The notes: a model not told the origin generated them from the letters alone. Counted from the stretch's first letter, positions 33,680 through 42,808 are shown. The stretch is DNA of 45,434 nt from a virus (IMGVR_UViG_3300046001_002739:1-45434), one strand, 5' to 3'. A program made the numbers and translations.

Positions 33680-34940
33680 ACTCGCACACTCCAAGTGGTC
33701 GGCCTCGGGCTTTGAGCAGCGCATGCTCTGCCCAGGCAGCCATGTCTTGCAGGCGGGAAAGCCTAACACCTCGAGCAAGTACGCTGCCGAGGGTACCGCG
33801 GCGCACCAGGTACTGACCTGGGCGCTGCAGCAGGAAAAGCCCGCCGCTCACTTCCTGACCGCGATCATCGAGACCGACGGGTTCACGTTCGAGGTCGACG
33901 AGGACATGGCCCGCCACGTCCAAGTCTGCATCGACTACGTCCAGGATCTGAAGGGCACCGACGGCATCGTGTTCGCCGACATCCGTGTCAACTACAGCCA
34001 GTACCTCGACACCCCCGAGGTCGAGGCTTGGGGCACCGCTGACGTGATCGTGGCCCGTGGCGCCGAGCTGATCGTCGTTGACTTCAAGTATGGAATGGGC
34101 GTCGAGGTAAGCGCCGAGCGCAACCCGCAGATGTCGCTCTACGCCCTAGGCGCCCTGCAGGCCTACCACGGGCTGGTCGCGGACTTTGAAACTGTGCGCA
34201 TGGCCATCAGCCAGCCGCGCATCAAGACCGCGCCTAGCGAGTACGACCTCTCGGTCGCGGATCTCGAGGCATGGGGCCGCAGCACAGCACGCAGCGCAGT
34301 GATCACGTGCAGGAACGCCGCCGCCTGGGTTGGCAACGACCTGACCGAGTTCAACGGCACATACCTGCGCCCCGGCGAGAAGCAGTGCAAATTCTGCAAG
34401 GCCAAGGCTACGTGCCCTGCGCTGCGTGCCGAAGTGGCAAGCACCGCCGCGTTGGAAAGCTACGCAGCAAGCCCAGAAGAGTTTGCGGACCTTGACGTAG
34501 TAACCCCGAAGGCGGACTGCGACGAAGCCTGGCTCGCCGCCTGTCTGTCCAAAGCCGATCTGATTGAAGACTGGTGCAAGGCGATCCGCGCCGAGGTCGA
34601 GCGCCGTCTGCTGGCTGGCGCACCGGTACCAGGCTACAAGCTGGTGACCGGAAAGAAAGGCAACCGCCAGTGGAGCGACGCTAAGGAAGCCGAGGCAATG
34701 CTCAAGACGATGCGCATCAAGATCGAAGACATGTACGACTTCAAGCTGATCTCGCCCACAACGGCCGACAAGCTGGCCAAGTCCGAGGTCATTGGAAAGC
34801 GCCAATGGCCAAAGCTGCAGGAACTGATCGTTCAGCGCGAAGGCTCGCCGCATGTGGCGCCAGCGTCAGACCCGCGCGCTGCTCTGGACGTCCGCTCTGC
34901 TGCCGATGACTTTGAAAATATATCTGACGATCTCGCCTAA
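33672..34940 (+). CDS. DUF2800 Cas4-like PD-(D/E)XK exonuclease
   Basis: SAS...CPGS, EGTAAH, GTAD...DFKYG, QMSLYALG, CKFCKAKATC. Confidence 0.88.
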   Translation: MAELAHSKWSASGFEQRMLCPGSHVLQAGKPNTSSKYAAEGTAAHQVLTWALQQEKPAAHFLTAIIETDGFTFEVDEDMARHVQVCIDYVQDLKGTDGIVFADIRVNYSQYLDTPEVEAWGTADVIVARGAELIVVDFKYGMGVEVSAERNPQMSLYALGALQAYHGLVADFETVRMAISQPRIKTAPSEYDLSVADLEAWGRSTARSAVITCRNAAAWVGNDLTEFNGTYLRPGEKQCKFCKAKATCPALRAEVASTAALESYAASPEEFADLDVVTPKADCDEAWLAACLSKADLIEDWCKAIRAEVERRLLAGAPVPGYKLVTGKKGNRQWSDAKEAEAMLKTMRIKIEDMYDFKLISPTTADKLAKSEVIGKRQWPKLQELIVQREGSPHVAPASDPRAALDVRSAADDFENISDDLA

Positions 34941-34947
34941 AACGCTG

Positions 34948-34963
34948 TAGCACCCGCTACAAT
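34948..34963 (+). promoter_or_regulatory. Operator overlapping the -10 of the SSB promoter
   Basis: TAGCACCCGCTA plus TACAAT. Confidence 0.7.
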
Positions 34964-35000
34964 CTAAACTGTACCAATTTTTCACAAGGAACTTTTCACC

Positions 35001-35576
35001 ATGGCAACCCCTACACCCACCGGCCGCATCCTGCTCAAGAACGTGCGCCTCGCATTCCCCAACCTCTTCGAGCCCACCACCGTGGCCGGCGAAGGCCAGC
35101 CTCGCTACAGCGCCACACTGTTGATCCCAGCAGACCACCCGCAGATCGCTGAGATCGAGGCCGCCCAGGCCGCGGTCGCTGCCGCCAAGTGGGGTGCCAA
35201 GGCCCCCGCGATCGTCAAGGGCCTGGGCAAGCAGGACAAGCTGGCACTGCACGATGGTGACACCAAGTCGAAGTACGACGGGTTCCCCGGCAACTCGTTC
35301 ATCAGTGCAGCAGCGCGGGAGAACGCAGCACCCACGGTCATCGACCGCGACCGCTCGCCACTGTCCGCCAAGTCTGGCCGCCCCTACGCCGGTTGCATGG
35401 TCAACGCCTCGATCGAGCTGTGGGCGCAGGACAACAACTACGGCCAGCGCGTGAACGCCCAGCTCCGTGGAATTCAGTTCTACGCTGACGGCGACTCGTT
35501 CAGCGCAGGCCGCCCAGCCGACGCCGACGAGTTCGAGGAAGTCACCGAGGGCGCAGGCGCCGACGACTTCGCGTAA
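35001..35576 (+). CDS. ssDNA-binding protein (DUF2815, gp2.5-like)
   Basis: VRLAFPNLFEP, DGD, YAGC, acidic aromatic C-tail. Confidence 0.88.
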   Translation: MATPTPTGRILLKNVRLAFPNLFEPTTVAGEGQPRYSATLLIPADHPQIAEIEAAQAAVAAAKWGAKAPAIVKGLGKQDKLALHDGDTKSKYDGFPGNSFISAAARENAAPTVIDRDRSPLSAKSGRPYAGCMVNASIELWAQDNNYGQRVNAQLRGIQFYADGDSFSAGRPADADEFEEVTEGAGADDFA

Positions 35577-35582
35577 CTCGGT

Positions 35583-35608
35583 CAGCCCTGGCAACAGGGC
35601 TGTTTGTT
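35583..35608 (+). terminator. Hairpin/weak terminator after SSB
   Basis: CAGCCCTG-GCAA-CAGGGCTG-TTTGTT. Confidence 0.55.
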
Positions 35609-35711
35609 GAGCGGTAGCTGCATGGCGTTACCCGGCCCCGACAAGTCGGCGCCCGTTAAAGTCTAGGCAGTACGTAGCGGCGATCGCAGCCCAGCTACCG
35701 CTCACCAAACA
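35601..35711 (+). ncRNA. Structured RNA candidate 1
   Basis: 19/20 closing stem with a branched top; strand inferred from the operon. Confidence 0.5.
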
Positions 35712-35759
35712 CAGCAGGGGCTTGCTCTCCAAACCTCGACTGACCCACGAAGTAAAAAG

Positions 35760-35859
35760 CTAGAGATTGGGACCGGTTATCTGCCTGCGGCATTATCACA
35801 GGTGATCGGTCTGAACAGGTCCGCGCAGGCCATAAAAGATGACAGCGGGTAATCTCTGG
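35760..35859 (+). ncRNA. Structured RNA candidate 2
   Basis: Three nested stems with G-U pairs on the + strand, topped by small hairpins. Confidence 0.45.
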
Positions 35860-35885
35860 AACGGGTCACTAATTTTTGAAAGCGA

Positions 35886-37964
35886 ATGATGCGAATTCTC
35901 TACGGCGACACAGAAACGTACAGCGAGTGCGACCTCTCCAAGTGCGGCAGCGCACGCTACGCCGAAGACGACAGCACCGAGATTACCATTGCACAATGGG
36001 CGCTCGATGACGACGAGCCCACCGTCTGGGACTGCACCGCCAACGGCCGGCCCCAAGCGTTCATCGACTTGCTACTGGCGCCTGACACGGTGTTGGTATT
36101 CCACAACAGTTCGTTTGATAGAGCGGTGATCCGCGAAGTCTGGGGCATCGACCTGCCGCCCGAGAAGTTTCTCGACACAATGGTCAAGGCCCTGGCGCAC
36201 GGCCTGCCAGGCTCACTGGATAAGATCGGGCAGATCGTTGGCCTCGAAGCTGATCTGGCCAAGGACAAGCGCGGCCGCGAGCTGATCATGCTCTTTGCAA
36301 AGCCTCGGCCAAAGAACAGCATTTTAAGAAGGGCTACCCGTGAAACTCACCCTAAAGAATGGTCTGAATTTTTATCGTACTCGCGCCAGGACATCATCGC
36401 CATGCGCGCGATCGACCAGCGGCTGCCCAGTTGGAATTACCGCCCCGGTCACCCAGAGCTCGCATTGTGGCACCTCGACCAGCGAATCAACACAAGAGGC
36501 ATTGCGGTCGATACACACCTCGCTGAGTCAGCTATCGCTGCGGTAGCTAGAGAACAGAAGCGACTCAAGGAGGAGGTCAACACCGCGACCGAAGGCTTGG
36601 TAACCAACACCAGCCAACGCGACAACCTACTGACCTTCATCTGCGCCGAGCACGGGGTGAACTTGCCAGACCTCAAGGCCGACACCCTGCGCCGCCGCAT
36701 CGACGACCCCGAGCTGCCCGAGGCGGTCAAGTTGCTGATCAGCATTCGCCTAGAAGCCACGAAGACCAGCACGGCAAAATATAAGGCCCTGCTCAACGCG
36801 GTGAACCGCAACGGCCGGCTGTGCAACAGCATGCAGTTTGCTGGCGCCTCACGCACGGCACGCTGGGCGCACCGGCTATTCCAGCCTGGCAACATGCCGC
36901 GGCCTGACATGAAGAACCCGGCGATCGCTGAAGGTATCGAGGCGCTCAAGGCCAACTGCGCGGATCTCTTTTTTGAGAACGTCATGCGCCTGACGGCGAA
37001 CACTGTGCGAGGTTGCATCGTGGCGCCGCCCGGCAAGAAGCTGGTGATCGCTGACTTGTCCAATATCGAGGGCCGCGGCCTGGCGTTCCTGGCCGGCGAG
37101 CGTTGGAAGCTCAAAGCCTTCGCAGACTTCGACGCCGGCATCGGCGAGGATCTCTACAAAGTAGCATACGGCCGGTCGTTCAACGTCGACCCGAAAGAAG
37201 CCTTCGGTCAGAAGCGCCAGATCGGCAAGGTCATGGAGCTGGGCCTGGGGTATGAAGGCGGTGTCGCCGCGTTCCTGACCTTCGCCGTGGTCTACCGCAT
37301 GGACCTGATCGAGCTGGCCACCGCGGTCTACGGCACCGCCAGCCCCGAGGCCATGGCCAACGCGCTGGGCATGTGGAAATGGGCCACAAAGATGAAGCGC
37401 ACGCTCGGCCTGCCCGAGAACATCTATGTGGCCTGCGAGATCCTCAAGCGTGCGTGGCGCGACGCGCACCCCAACACAACCGCACTGTGGAAGGCCGCCG
37501 GTGACTCCGTGCGCGCTGCGATCAACAACCCGGGCCAGACCTTCGACATCGGCGAGCACCTCAAGGCCCGCCGCGACGGCGCCTGGCTGCGCATCCGCCT
37601 GCCATCTGGCCGGTATCTTTGCTACATCAACCCGCGCGTCGATGACGACGGGCAGATCACATATTTTGGCGTCAACCAATACACGAGGCAGTGGGGCGCG
37701 ATCAAGACGTATGGGGGCAAGCTCGTAGAGAACTGCACCCAGGCCTTCGCCCGCGACATCATGGCCAGCGCGATGCAGCCAATCGAGAATGCCGGCTACG
37801 AGATCGTGCTCTCAGTGCACGACGAGCTGCTGACCGAGACCCCAGACAGCCCCGAGTTCAACACCGCAACGCTGGCTGGGATGATGGCCACCGCGCCGAC
37901 CTGGGCCAAAGGTATTCCGCTCGCCGCTGCGGGGTTTGAGACTACGCGCTATCGCAAGGATTGA
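35886..37964 (+). CDS. polA: DNA polymerase family A with 3'-5' exonuclease
   Basis: DTETY exo I, motif A DLSNIEGR, motif B RQIGKVMELGLGY, motif C VHDE. Confidence 0.93.
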   Translation: MMRILYGDTETYSECDLSKCGSARYAEDDSTEITIAQWALDDDEPTVWDCTANGRPQAFIDLLLAPDTVLVFHNSSFDRAVIREVWGIDLPPEKFLDTMVKALAHGLPGSLDKIGQIVGLEADLAKDKRGRELIMLFAKPRPKNSILRRATRETHPKEWSEFLSYSRQDIIAMRAIDQRLPSWNYRPGHPELALWHLDQRINTRGIAVDTHLAESAIAAVAREQKRLKEEVNTATEGLVTNTSQRDNLLTFICAEHGVNLPDLKADTLRRRIDDPELPEAVKLLISIRLEATKTSTAKYKALLNAVNRNGRLCNSMQFAGASRTARWAHRLFQPGNMPRPDMKNPAIAEGIEALKANCADLFFENVMRLTANTVRGCIVAPPGKKLVIADLSNIEGRGLAFLAGERWKLKAFADFDAGIGEDLYKVAYGRSFNVDPKEAFGQKRQIGKVMELGLGYEGGVAAFLTFAVVYRMDLIELATAVYGTASPEAMANALGMWKWATKMKRTLGLPENIYVACEILKRAWRDAHPNTTALWKAAGDSVRAAINNPGQTFDIGEHLKARRDGAWLRIRLPSGRYLCYINPRVDDDGQITYFGVNQYTRQWGAIKTYGGKLVENCTQAFARDIMASAMQPIENAGYEIVLSVHDELLTETPDSPEFNTATLAGMMATAPTWAKGIPLAAAGFETTRYRKD

Positions 37965-37965
37965 C

Positions 37966-38012
37966 GCGATAGTGAAAATCAATCGGGGAGGGTTGTTAGC
38001 AGATGCTAAACT
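37966..38012 (+). promoter_or_regulatory. Early promoter with operator and upstream box
   Basis: TAGCAGATGCTA overlaps TGcTAAACT; GCGATAGTGAAAATCAAT upstream. Confidence 0.75.
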
Positions 38013-38042
38013 ACAAGCACACCAACCCAACCGGAGAATGAA

Positions 38043-38498
38043 ATGCCCAACATCGACAACCTCATCGCCTTTGAAAATGGCGAGCTCGACCAAGACGAAA
38101 CTGTCGCCTTCATCCAAGACGGTATCGACAAGGGTTGGGTCTGGCAGCTGCAGGGCTTCTACGGCCGCACCGCTGCCAGCCTCATAGACGCCGGCCTGTG
38201 CCACAACCGAAAGCCAAAATTGAACTGCTGCGACGCAAACGGAAATTGCAACCAAGCCCAGGATTGCCCGGCACGAAAGGACCCCGTGAACAAATCGAAT
38301 CAAACCCAGTGGACGAACTACCAGAACAGCCGCAATGGGCTGAAGCACCCCCGCACGCTGAACGAAACCTTCGGACCCTACACCGACAACCGGATCGTCG
38401 AGGTCGACCCCCCGTTCGACTGGCAGGACAAGCTGGTGGTCGTGGCCGGCATCGTCGCGGCCTGCGCCTGTGCGTTGATCATCACCATCTGGAGTTGA
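38043..38498 (+). CDS. Hypothetical protein, apparent fusion of three small modules, C-terminal TM
   Basis: WQLQGFYGRTA module, Cys-rich module, PRT...TM module. Confidence 0.65.
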   Translation: MPNIDNLIAFENGELDQDETVAFIQDGIDKGWVWQLQGFYGRTAASLIDAGLCHNRKPKLNCCDANGNCNQAQDCPARKDPVNKSNQTQWTNYQNSRNGLKHPRTLNETFGPYTDNRIVEVDPPFDWQDKLVVVAGIVAACACALIITIWS

Positions 38499-38499
38499 A

Positions 38500-39246
38500 A
38501 TGCGCAATGACACAAGCCGAGAGGCATTTGAAGCGTGGTGGAGCGATTACTCTGATTTGGACGGCGGTAAAGTCAGTGCATGGCAATCGTGGCAAGCATC
38601 CCGCAAAGCCCTCGAAGCCGAGCAAGCGCAGGCGGTGGAGCCTGTGGCAGTGTTTGATACAGCCATGACCGAGAAGATGGCGGTTATCGACTACGACTGC
38701 ACAAAGCACAACCTTAAATCTGGCGACAAGCTCTACACCCACCCATCCCCACCACCAGCCGGTGAGCGTGCGGATTTGATTGCAGGTATCAAGCATGAGC
38801 TATCAAAGTGCGACAAGCAGGCTCAGCAGGGTTACCGCATTTCCCGTGACACCATTGAGCGCCTGAGCTGGACGTTTACGGATCTTGGCTATTCAAAACC
38901 CAAGGGAGGGCTAGATCGTTTTGGTGTGCAGCTTGATTCGTATCTTGGCAGCATTTGCAGGGGTGTAGCTGGACTGTTGGCACAGCAAAGGATTGATTCT
39001 CAGCAAGTAGCAGTGCCTGATGCCGACATGTTCTGGAATCACGACGATGCCGACAATCTATACAGCAGCATTTCCGAATTCCTGAATGACGAAATGTGTA
39101 ATGGAACGCCTTTGGAAGTCGGTGACATTCGCACGGTGCAGCGGGCGGTGCGCTTGCCCAACATTGACATTCGTATCACGAGTGTGAACGACGACGAGTG
39201 TGATGCTGATTATGAGATCGTTGAAGCACAAGGAGCAAAGACGTGA
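38500..39246 (+). CDS. Mosaic accessory hypothetical protein
   Basis: REAFEAW, EPVA, LYTHP modules; lower GC. Confidence 0.7.
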   Translation: MRNDTSREAFEAWWSDYSDLDGGKVSAWQSWQASRKALEAEQAQAVEPVAVFDTAMTEKMAVIDYDCTKHNLKSGDKLYTHPSPPPAGERADLIAGIKHELSKCDKQAQQGYRISRDTIERLSWTFTDLGYSKPKGGLDRFGVQLDSYLGSICRGVAGLLAQQRIDSQQVAVPDADMFWNHDDADNLYSSISEFLNDEMCNGTPLEVGDIRTVQRAVRLPNIDIRITSVNDDECDADYEIVEAQGAKT

Positions 39247-39593
39247 GCCCACTGCAACAGGCAGCGCAGGCTGCCCTGGACGCATGGGAGAACCACGGCC
39301 CTTTCTACACCGGGCATCTGACAGAGTACCGCCTTGCCAAAACCAATCTTCTCAAAGCGCTGGCAGCGCTTGACCAAGAACCCGTTGACCCCATGATCCA
39401 CAAGCCCACGGCCGACGGCGCGGCCACTGTCAGCCCCGCGATCAAGTGGATCAAGATCGATGAGAGCACGCCCCGGGGCACAAAGTTGATGCTGATCTCC
39501 CGCCGCTACGGCGTGGCGCAGTTCGGCATGCACAACCCCGCTGAGAAGTTTTTTACCCACTGGCACCCCCTGCCAACTTTTGAAAGCAAATAA
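39243..39593 (+). CDS. Hypothetical protein (DUF551-like C-terminus)
   Basis: WIKID..TP.G...THWHPLP. Confidence 0.65.
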   Translation: MSPLQQAAQAALDAWENHGPFYTGHLTEYRLAKTNLLKALAALDQEPVDPMIHKPTADGAATVSPAIKWIKIDESTPRGTKLMLISRRYGVAQFGMHNPAEKFFTHWHPLPTFESK

Positions 39594-39886
39594 TGAGAGA
39601 AAGCGACATTGAAAATTACCTGGTCAAGCGCGTGAAAGAACTCGGCGGCGAGGTGCGCAAGGTCAAATGGATCGGACGCATCGGTGCACCCGACCGCTTG
39701 GCAATGCTGCCGACGCGCAACGATGCCGGCGGTTTTCGCGGTAACCGCACGATCTGGGTCGAGCTCAAGGCGCCTGGAGAGAAGGCACGACCCAGCCAAG
39801 TACGCGAACACGATCGCATGCGCGCCATGGGGCAACGCGTGCTGGTGATCGACTCGATCGAAAGTGTTGAGGAGTTGCTGGCATGA
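39593..39886 (+). CDS. VRR-NUC domain nuclease
   Basis: ESDIE, GAPDR, VELKAPG. Confidence 0.88.
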   Translation: MRESDIENYLVKRVKELGGEVRKVKWIGRIGAPDRLAMLPTRNDAGGFRGNRTIWVELKAPGEKARPSQVREHDRMRAMGQRVLVIDSIESVEELLA

Positions 39887-40065
39887 GCGGCGCGCCAAGG
39901 ACTCCACGTCCGCAGTCGATGCCCCGGCTGTCTGATGCCGACGTCGCGGACATCCGCGCGATGCGAGCGCAAGGGATCTGCTACAAGCTGATCGAGCGCA
40001 AGTACCCCGTGCACCGTGTCACCTTGAGTCGCGCTGCGAACGGGAAAGTCACGTATGCGCCGTAG
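39883..40065 (+). CDS. Small HTH protein
   Basis: RLSDADVADIR...YKLIERKYPVHRVTLSR. Confidence 0.6.
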   Translation: MSGAPRTPRPQSMPRLSDADVADIRAMRAQGICYKLIERKYPVHRVTLSRAANGKVTYAP

Positions 40066-41452
40066 GGTCTACACTCCCCGCGCGTTCGCCCCGCTGGCGA
40101 TGTCGCACATGGCTGGCGCGCAGCGCTGCGCCATATTCGCCAAGCCCGGCATGGGCAAAAGTGTGATGGCGCTGACGTTCCTCGACCACCTGCACAACGT
40201 GTGGGGCGAGGACCGCCCGACGTTGGTGCTGGCGCCCCTGCGCGTGGCGCGCGACACCTGGGCCAACGAGGCGCACAAATGGGACCACCTCGCAGGGCTC
40301 GAGGTTGTGCCGATTGTAGGCGACGCCGATCAACGCAAGGCTGCGCTGCGCCGGGATGCTCCCGTCTACACCACCAACTACGACAACCTAGTCTGGCTGC
40401 GCGACCAGTTCGAGGGCAAGCCCTGGCCCTTCGCCACGGTGGTGGCGGATGAGTCCACCAAGCTCAAGGGCTTCAGGCTGCGCCAGGGTGGCGTGCGAGC
40501 ACAGGCGCTCGCCCAGGTTGCGCACAAGGATGTGCAGCGCTGGATCAACCTCACAGGCACGCCAGCAAGCAACGGGCTCGAGGACCTGTGGGGCCAGACA
40601 TGGTTCTTAGACGCCGGGGTCCGCCTGGGCCGCACGTTCTCGGCGTTCCGTGACCGCTGGTTCAGGCCGGTCAAGGCTGGCGACTTCCACAACTACCGAG
40701 CCACCGACTACGCCCAGGCCGAGATCCAGGAGCGCATCGCCGACATCTGCCTGACGCTGGACCCCAAAGACTGGTTCGACCTCAAGGACCCGATTGTCAA
40801 CATCATCGACGTCGAGCTGCCCAAAAGCGCCCGCGTGAAGTACCGCGAAATGGAGCGCGAGCTTTTCACGATGATTCAGGACAAGGAGGTCGAGGCCCTG
40901 AGCGCCGCGGCCAAGAGCCAGAAGTGTCTGCAGATGGCGAACGGCGCGGTGTACCTGGACCCCGAGCGCTACGGCGCTGGCACATGGGTCGAGGTACACA
41001 CCGAGAAGCTCGACGCGCTTGAGGAGCTGGTCGAGGAGACCGGCGACGAGCCCCTGCTGGTGGTCTATTACTTCAAGTCGGATCTGGCCCGTCTGCAGCG
41101 TCGTTTCCCCGACGGTCTGAACCTGAGCGAGCCCGAGGGCATGGCCGCCGCGATGGCTGGCAAGGGCAAGCTATGGTTCGGCCACCCGGCCAGCATGGGC
41201 CACGGCGTCGACGGACTGCAGTACCACTGCAACACGATCGTGTTCTTCAGCCAGGATTGGAACTTGGAAAACCACGACCAGGTGCTCGAGCGCGTCGGGC
41301 CGATGCGCCAGCTGCAGGCAGGGAAGGACCGGGGCGTGTTCGTACACTACCTGGTAGCGCGTCAGACAATCGACGAGCTCGTGATGGCCAGGCGCGAGTC
41401 CAAACGCTCAGTGCAAGATTTATTACTCGATTATTTGAAAGGCAAACAATGA
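40055..41452 (+). CDS. SNF2-family helicase
   Basis: PGMGKS, VVADES, LTGTP, QVLERVG. Confidence 0.9.
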   Translation: MRRRVYTPRAFAPLAMSHMAGAQRCAIFAKPGMGKSVMALTFLDHLHNVWGEDRPTLVLAPLRVARDTWANEAHKWDHLAGLEVVPIVGDADQRKAALRRDAPVYTTNYDNLVWLRDQFEGKPWPFATVVADESTKLKGFRLRQGGVRAQALAQVAHKDVQRWINLTGTPASNGLEDLWGQTWFLDAGVRLGRTFSAFRDRWFRPVKAGDFHNYRATDYAQAEIQERIADICLTLDPKDWFDLKDPIVNIIDVELPKSARVKYREMERELFTMIQDKEVEALSAAAKSQKCLQMANGAVYLDPERYGAGTWVEVHTEKLDALEELVEETGDEPLLVVYYFKSDLARLQRRFPDGLNLSEPEGMAAAMAGKGKLWFGHPASMGHGVDGLQYHCNTIVFFSQDWNLENHDQVLERVGPMRQLQAGKDRGVFVHYLVARQTIDELVMARRESKRSVQDLLLDYLKGKQ

Positions 41453-41778
41453 ACCGACCGCTCACCCCAGCCGAGGCGCTGGCCACCTTCACCCCCGAGG
41501 CCGACGCCCTGCTCGACAGCCAGAAGCGCGGCCTCCTTTCCCCTCGCAGCGCCTTGGACGTGCAGGTCGCCGGCAGTCACTACAAGGGCAAGAAGATCCA
41601 GCCTGTGGAATACATCCACGCCAACGGTCTGGGCTTTCTCGAAGGATGCATCGTCAAGCGCATCACGCGCTGGCGCGACAAGCCGGCCGCCAGTCGTTTC
41701 CAGGACCTGGAGAAGATCAAGCACGAGGTCGACCTGCTGATCGAGTTGGAGAGCCGCGCGCAAGGAGCAAAGCCATGA
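41449..41778 (+). CDS. DUF3310 family protein
   Basis: QVAGSHYK...IQPVEYI...GCIVK...DLEKIKH. Confidence 0.8.
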   Translation: MNRPLTPAEALATFTPEADALLDSQKRGLLSPRSALDVQVAGSHYKGKKIQPVEYIHANGLGFLEGCIVKRITRWRDKPAASRFQDLEKIKHEVDLLIELESRAQGAKP

Positions 41779-42107
41779 GCCACCACACTCCATGGCTACC
41801 CATCCGTGTATTTTTTCAGGGGCAAAACGTACCCCCATGGTTTCAAAAAGTATCCGTATTAGCCACCCCACGCAGCAGCGGCCCGCCTAAAGTTATTTTC
41901 GGTTCCCCATCGCTATGCATCTGTTATAAAAACCAGTTTTTCGTTTGGGCACCCCTGACAAATTATTTTCTTAAGTGCTTCATTAATATAACCGGCAACG
42001 GCAACGAAGTGACGCTGAGAGGTGGAAGAGATGGCGTTTCCGTGTACTTTTCATTGTTCAAAATGCTCGCCAAAATGCGTAGTGTGGCAAAAGGGGCGAA
42101 GCCATGA
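41775..42107 (+). CDS. AT-rich hypothetical protein flanked by junction repeats
   Basis: 110 aa; ATGA overlaps at both ends. Confidence 0.5.
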   Translation: MSHHTPWLPIRVFFQGQNVPPWFQKVSVLATPRSSGPPKVIFGSPSLCICYKNQFFVWAPLTNYFLKCFINITGNGNEVTLRGGRDGVSVYFSLFKMLAKMRSVAKGAKP

Positions 42108-42373
42108 GCGCACACGCAGTATCAAACGCCCTCGCCCTCGCCCCTGCGACCGCCAAGGAGCTGATGGTCGCCACGGGTCTGAGCCGGGGCTTCATCAATG
42201 CGACGCTGCTGGGCATGGTCAAAGCACACGAGGCGCACGTGTCGCACGTCCAGCGCCAGCCGGGTGTGGCCGGTCGTCCCAGCCCGGTGTATCAAGCAGG
42301 GTTTGATTGCGCCGCGGGCGCCCAGACCTTGGCGCACGTGATGCGGACCTGGGGGTCACCATGTGCCGCTTGA
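42104..42373 (+). CDS. Winged-HTH-like protein
   Basis: TAKELMVATGLSRGFI...GRPSPVY. Confidence 0.6.
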   Translation: MSAHAVSNALALAPATAKELMVATGLSRGFINATLLGMVKAHEAHVSHVQRQPGVAGRPSPVYQAGFDCAAGAQTLAHVMRTWGSPCAA

Positions 42374-42448
42374 CCCCTGCTTGTGTGCTTCTCGCCACAC
42401 TTCGTTATGTCGCGCCGATCACCACGGGCGCGTTCTTCAGGAGACACC

Positions 42449-42643
42449 ATGAGTGACGACATTGACCGCGCACAGAACGAAGTCGAGCGCTCGCTCGGCG
42501 AGGCACTGCGCGTGAAGAAACCGGTGGGGCCTGTCGCCACCGGGCGCTGTTTGTTCTGCGATGAAATACTGGACGACGAGAGTCGCTGGTGCGACAGTGG
42601 TTGCCGCGATGCCTGGGAAGGTTTGCTAAAGCGAAAACGCTAG
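42449..42643 (+). CDS. TraR/DksA-like C4 zinc-finger protein
   Basis: DDIDRA (DxxDxA) plus CLFC...CDSGC; AGGAG RBS. Confidence 0.75.
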   Translation: MSDDIDRAQNEVERSLGEALRVKKPVGPVATGRCLFCDEILDDESRWCDSGCRDAWEGLLKRKR

Positions 42644-42727
42644 TGCATATTGCACAAAACAGGCCCCTTCGGTAGGGTGTTTTGAGCAGTAAGTATGGGG
42701 TAAGCAGTGGGTGGCTTTAGCATTTTG

Positions 42728-42755
42728 CTTGGTCACAATATACATTATGCGTACT
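42728..42755 (-). other. dif-like Xer site A
   Basis: Reverse complement AGTACGCATAA-TGTATA-TTGTGACCAAG; 21/28 to E. coli dif. Confidence 0.7.
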
Positions 42756-42774
42756 GTGGCATAATTATGTAAAT

Positions 42775-42808
42775 ACGCAGGTGCTAAGGATTTCGTTAGC
42801 TCCTGCTA
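42775..42808. promoter_or_regulatory. Tandem operators upstream of the mom-like gene
   Basis: ACGCAGGTGCTA and TAGCTCCTGCTA, 22 bp apart. Confidence 0.7.

Noticed and set aside
33672-34940. Cas4 of a CRISPR system
   Set aside because: Standard DUF2800 nuclease in the replication module; no array or other cas genes.
35580-35880. tRNA or hammerhead ribozyme
   Set aside because: No T-loop GTTCRA with acceptor stem, and no CUGANGA/GAAA core.
37985-37992. KOPS GGGGAGGG oriented towards the dif-like sites
   Set aside because: A single 8-mer in a GC-rich genome is consistent with chance.
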